Shown one piece after another: positions 36,821 through 40,486 of a stretch of 40,486 bases of DNA; position 1 is the first letter of the stretch, and every line of letters starts with the position of its first letter. The notes below the pieces were generated by a model. The model did no database searches. It had not been told where the DNA came from and saw nothing but the letters and a program-made list of their open reading frames with translations. The DNA is from an uncultured Burkholderiales bacterium. Lineage in GTDB: Bacteria; Actinomycetota; Acidimicrobiia; IMCC26256; JAOSJL01. The position numbers were made by a program, and so were the translations under genes. The stretch spans positions 1-40,486 of the forward strand of contig CAYRHS010000005.1 in the NCBI GenBank assembly GCA_964424125.1, in the 5' to 3' direction.

Positions 36821-38214
36821 CGACCCGTGACGACGCCTGGCTCGACGGTGCGTGCGCGCTCGTCGACGCTCACCGAACCGGTGATCGCAGCCCGCTCGAG
36901 TCGGTCGAGGTGGCGTTGGATGCCATAGAGCACTCTTCAATCGGGGCGTTCTCGTTCGTCGATGCGGAAGGTGCCCGGGCCGCGGCGCGCAAGACCGATG
37001 TCGACCTCCCGTTCGGTGGCGTGCCGATCGGCGTGAAGGAGCTCTTCGCCGTCGACGGATGGCCCGATACGAAGGGGTCGGCTGCGCTGGCGGACCGAGT
37101 GGCTGGCCGGGACAGCACGGTGGTCGCCCGGCTGCGGGCCGCCGGTGCGATCCCCGTCGGCCTCACCACCTCGCCCGAGTTCGGCTCCGCGCTCCAGCAC
37201 GAGAGCCCGATGGCGCCGACCACGAGAAACCCGTGGCAGCTCGACCGGAGCCCGGGTGGGTCGTCGGCGGGCGCGGCCGCGGCCGTCGCCGGCGGTCTCG
37301 TCCCGCTGAGCGTGGGCTCGGACGGCGGCGGTTCGATCCGGGTCCCGGCGTCCCTGTGCGGGCTGCCAGGTCTGAAGGTCACCTACGGGCGCATCCCCGC
37401 CGGACCGGGCGCGCTGGTCGGTGGTGTCCACTCGGTCCCAGGCGTGCTGACCCGATCGGTGCGCGACGTGGCACGCTTTCTGGACGTCGCCAATGGCTAC
37501 GAACCGAGCGATCCGTTTAGCTTGCCCCGCCTCGACGGCTGGGAGTCCGGGCTCGGCTCGCAGCTCGGGCGCGAGGTTCGAATCACGATCCTTCCCGGCT
37601 TCGCGGGCACCGTCGCGCGCGAAGACGTCGCCGAGCTTGCCGTCGACGCGGCCGAACTCCTGTGCGACGAGATCGGCGCCCGTCGCGTTCGGGCTCCTGT
37701 CGAGCTTCCCACACCGACGATGGACTGGATGCTCAGCCTTCGCAGCGAGACCGTCGCCGAGCTCGATGATCGCTACCCGGACTGCCGGGACGAGTTGACA
37801 CCGAGCCTCCGTCTGCTCCTCGACCTCGTCGAGCAGCGGTACGACGTCCGGCTGCGAGCGCGGATGGAGCGCCAGCGACGGGACATGGTCGAAGCGTTGG
37901 CATGCGTGTTCGAGGAGACCGACGTGGTCGCGACGGTCACACAGCCGGACGTGGCCTACGCACTCGAGGGTTGGCCGGACGACGGTTCCGGCGGGGCCCC
38001 GGATGCTCCGGTGTTGAATCGCGTGCTCCCGACCATCCCCGCCAACATGGCCGGGGTCCCGGCGATCACCCTTCCGGTCGGGACGGTGCGGGGCCTCCCC
38101 GTCGGGCTGCAACTCATGGCGCAGCACCATCGCGAGGGCTTGCTGCTCGATCTCGCGTCGGTCGTCGAACGTGTGCGTCCCTGGCCACTCGTGGCCCCCG
38201 GCGCACCCTGCTGA
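36817..38214 (+). CDS. Amidase signature (Ser-cisSer-Lys) family amidase
   Basis: GVPIGVKEL (Lys), RNPW...SPGGSSAG (cis-Ser), GSDGGGSIRVPA (nucleophile), LPVGLQL. Confidence 0.94.
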   Translation: MTTRDDAWLDGACALVDAHRTGDRSPLESVEVALDAIEHSSIGAFSFVDAEGARAAARKTDVDLPFGGVPIGVKELFAVDGWPDTKGSAALADRVAGRDSTVVARLRAAGAIPVGLTTSPEFGSALQHESPMAPTTRNPWQLDRSPGGSSAGAAAAVAGGLVPLSVGSDGGGSIRVPASLCGLPGLKVTYGRIPAGPGALVGGVHSVPGVLTRSVRDVARFLDVANGYEPSDPFSLPRLDGWESGLGSQLGREVRITILPGFAGTVAREDVAELAVDAAELLCDEIGARRVRAPVELPTPTMDWMLSLRSETVAELDDRYPDCRDELTPSLRLLLDLVEQRYDVRLRARMERQRRDMVEALACVFEETDVVATVTQPDVAYALEGWPDDGSGGAPDAPVLNRVLPTIPANMAGVPAITLPVGTVRGLPVGLQLMAQHHREGLLLDLASVVERVRPWPLVAPGAPC

Positions 38215-38230
38215 GCATTCCGATCGTCGC

Positions 38231-39598
38231 TCAGCCAGCCGAGCGCGCGGCGGCAATGTCGTCGGCGAGCGTGTGGCGGGCACGGGCGACGACGACGGCG
38301 CCCACGATCGCCGGGAGCACGGCCACCGCCATTGCCGCTCGCAAGGATCCCGTCACCTCGGAGACGCCGCCGATCAGGAGCGGTCCGAACGCACCGCCGA
38401 GCGCGGTCATGAGTGTGAAGAGGGAGAAGCCCGTGCCGCGGCGACCGGCCGGGAGTACGTCGGCGGTCGCGGCCGCGAAGTTCGGGATCGACAGCGCAAG
38501 CCCGAAGAGCGCGGCGGCAAGCAGCGCGATGGCCGCTCCCAGCGTGGGAGAGAGCACCGCCGCCGCGAGGAGACCGGAACCGACTCCCATGCTGATCGCC
38601 ACCGCGGACATCCGTCCGCCACCGTGCCGACGCGTGAGTCGGTCGCCCAGGAAGCCCCCGGCGAGCGCCCCCGGTACCGCCGTGACGATGGCGACGGCGC
38701 CGGTGATCCCGCCCGCCGCGCCTTCGCCCAGGTCGTGGGCGCGCTCGAAGAACGACGGGAGCCAGAAGATCACACCCTGGAGTCCGAGCAGAGTCACCGT
38801 GAGCCCGAAGTACAGCGATCGGACCGTCGGGATGCGGAGCAGGTCGCGAACGACGCCCAGATACGCGCGCACGCCGCCGCCGTCGGGGAACGCGCCGGCC
38901 GGATCGGCTTCTCCCTCGGGTTCGCCTTCTGCGACGAGGGCGAGCGGACCGAGGTCCTCCTCATCCGGCGCGGCATCGTCGGCGTTGTCCATCCCGCCCC
39001 GGGTCGGCTCGTAGAGGATGACGCAGAGCCCGGCGACCACCAGGGCGGGCGGTACGAGCGAGAAGAACGCGGCCCGCCAACCGAGGAGCTCACCGACACC
39101 ACCACCGAGTGCGAGTCCGATCCCGGTGCCGATGAGCAGCGCAACCCGCTGGAGCCCGAAGACCCGACCTCGCCGCGACGGCGGGTAGAAGTCGGCGAGG
39201 AGACTGGACGCGGCCGGGTTGTCCACCGCGTTGGCAGCGCCCAGGACGAGACGGAAGAAGAGGAACATCCAGAACGTCGCGGCGAACGCCGCGCCGGTCA
39301 TGAGCACCGCCCACGACAGGACCACCACGCCGAGGAGTCGCGTCCGGAGGAGCTTGTCGGCCATCCACCCCGCGGGCAACAGGACCGCAGCCGAGATCAG
39401 GGCATCGAGGGTGGGGATGGCGCCACCGATCGCGTCACCGAAGCCGAACTGGTCCTGGAGGAGCGACAGCGTGCCGGCGAGCACGCTCTTGTCCGCGCCG
39501 TCGACCGCGTTGACGAGCACGAGGATCAGAGCCGGCGTCCAGCCGAACGCGAGCGCCCCGGCCGCTCGAGGACGCCCGACCCGGCCCGATTGCAGCAT
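38231..39598 (-). CDS. MFS transporter (spinster-like)
   Basis: About 12 TM segments. GWMADKLLR motif A, SLLADFYPPSRRGR, GWRAAF, EPTRG, GGFLGDRL. Confidence 0.92.
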   Translation of the reverse strand: MLQSGRVGRPRAAGALAFGWTPALILVLVNAVDGADKSVLAGTLSLLQDQFGFGDAIGGAIPTLDALISAAVLLPAGWMADKLLRTRLLGVVVLSWAVLMTGAAFAATFWMFLFFRLVLGAANAVDNPAASSLLADFYPPSRRGRVFGLQRVALLIGTGIGLALGGGVGELLGWRAAFFSLVPPALVVAGLCVILYEPTRGGMDNADDAAPDEEDLGPLALVAEGEPEGEADPAGAFPDGGGVRAYLGVVRDLLRIPTVRSLYFGLTVTLLGLQGVIFWLPSFFERAHDLGEGAAGGITGAVAIVTAVPGALAGGFLGDRLTRRHGGGRMSAVAISMGVGSGLLAAAVLSPTLGAAIALLAAALFGLALSIPNFAAATADVLPAGRRGTGFSLFTLMTALGGAFGPLLIGGVSEVTGSLRAAMAVAVLPAIVGAVVVARARHTLADDIAAARSAG

Positions 39599-39613
39599 CG
39601 AGCGCGAGCGCGC

Positions 39614-40486
39614 CTACCGAGCGAGCTCGGCGAGGCTCTCGAGCTGCTCGAGGCGCGACGCCTGGTCCAGCGCGAGCAGAGCGAGGTTCAACCCCGTGGC
39701 CCCGGCCTCCTCGAACGCGGCGAAGCGGTCCTTCACGTAGGCCGCGTCGCCGATTGCGGAGACCTCGTCGACGATCTCGTCGGTGACGGCGGCCATCGCT
39801 TCCTCGCGCTTGCGGTCGAGGTAGAGGTCCTGGATCGTCTTCGCCTCCTCCACGTAGCCGTACCGCCGGAAGAGTCGGTTGTAGAAGTTCTTCTCGCGCG
39901 AGCCCATCCCGCCGATGTAGAGAGCCAGGGCGAACTTGGCGATCGCCTTCGTCGAGGCGGGATCGTCGGTGACGGCAGCGGTGACGGACGGCATCACCTC
40001 GAGGTCGCCGAGCTCCGAGGATCGCTTCGCCTTCCCTTCGGCAAGGGCCGGGCCCCAGACGTCGTTCGCCTTCTCGGGTGAGAACAACACCGGCAGCCAC
40101 CCGTCGGCCAGCTCGGCCGTCAGCTCCACGTTCTTCGGCCCGAGCGAGGCCAGGTAGATCGGCACGTCGGCGCGCAGCGGGTGGTTGATGAGCTTCAGGC
40201 CCATGTCGAGCTGGTAGATCTCGCCGTCGTAGACGAGCTTGTCGCGCCGCAGGATCGTACGAATGATCTCGATCGCCTCGCGCTGACGCTGGATCGGGCG
40301 ATCGAACGGGACGCCGTGCCAGCCCTCGACGACCTGGGGCCCCGAGGTACCGAGACCGAGGATGGCCCGCCCACCGGAGAGGCGGTCGAGCGTCGCGATC
40401 GACTGGCCGAGGAGCGCGGGCGTTCGCGAATAGACGTTGGCGATGCCGGTGGCGAGGCCGATGCGCTCGGTCGGTTCGACGAGCGT
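39614..40486 (-). CDS. LLM-class F420-dependent oxidoreductase, 5' end outside the window
   Basis: The frame stays open to the window edge: TERIGLATGIANVYSRTPA, LDRLSGGRAILGLGTSGPQVVEGWHG, IYLASLGPKN, ADGW, LYIGGMG...NFY. Confidence 0.92.
   Translation of the reverse strand, partial: TLVEPTERIGLATGIANVYSRTPALLGQSIATLDRLSGGRAILGLGTSGPQVVEGWHGVPFDRPIQRQREAIEIIRTILRRDKLVYDGEIYQLDMGLKLINHPLRADVPIYLASLGPKNVELTAELADGWLPVLFSPEKANDVWGPALAEGKAKRSSELGDLEVMPSVTAAVTDDPASTKAIAKFALALYIGGMGSREKNFYNRLFRRYGYVEEAKTIQDLYLDRKREEAMAAVTDEIVDEVSAIGDAAYVKDRFAAFEEAGATGLNLALLALDQASRLEQLESLAELAR

Noticed and set aside
36817-38214. gatA
   Set aside because: No gatC/gatB neighbours, and it is coupled to a catabolic operon; a generic AS amidase is the better call.
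31825-40081. Long alternative ORFs (31825-34056, 34020-36053, 36937-38283, 38171-40081) and similar Arg/Pro-rich ORFs throughout
   Set aside because: Shadow frames of well-supported genes, with no motifs and low-complexity composition.

Overview
High-GC, gene-dense actinobacterial DNA. An Acidimicrobiia-like origin is inferred from gene content and protein style, not from a marker gene. There are about 29 protein-coding genes, two of them cut by the window edges. I see no rRNA, tRNA, CRISPR array, transposase or phage gene. Content from left to right: acyl-CoA dehydrogenase (partial), geranylgeranyl-reductase-family flavoprotein, ABC exporter pair, etfBA, nitrobindin, TetR plus MMPL, phosphotransferase, an LPXTG-anchored beta-helix surface protein, alpha/beta hydrolase, xth, a membrane-anchored penicillin-acylase-family enzyme, Mcr-like CoA transferase, D-aminoacylase-like amidohydrolase, purK (no purE), gltB (no gltD) and an M20 hydrolase. 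A probable catabolic module follows (27.5-38.2 kb): P450 and acyl-CoA ligase, divergent from PhyH dioxygenase, an orphan solute-binding lipoprotein, two paralogous sulfatases, an M28-like protein with a remodelled active site, and an amidase. Two promoters in this module share a 16-bp near-palindrome, GTGAACGAT(A/G)GTTAAC. The window ends with an MFS transporter and a partial F420-dependent LLM gene. Best leads: the co-regulated catabolic module and its operator, a structured gltB leader with partial SAM-IV-like resemblance, a ~60-aa insertion in GltB, and a split ACAD10/11-like kinase + dehydrogenase pair. All calls were made by eye from motifs; no searches were run.
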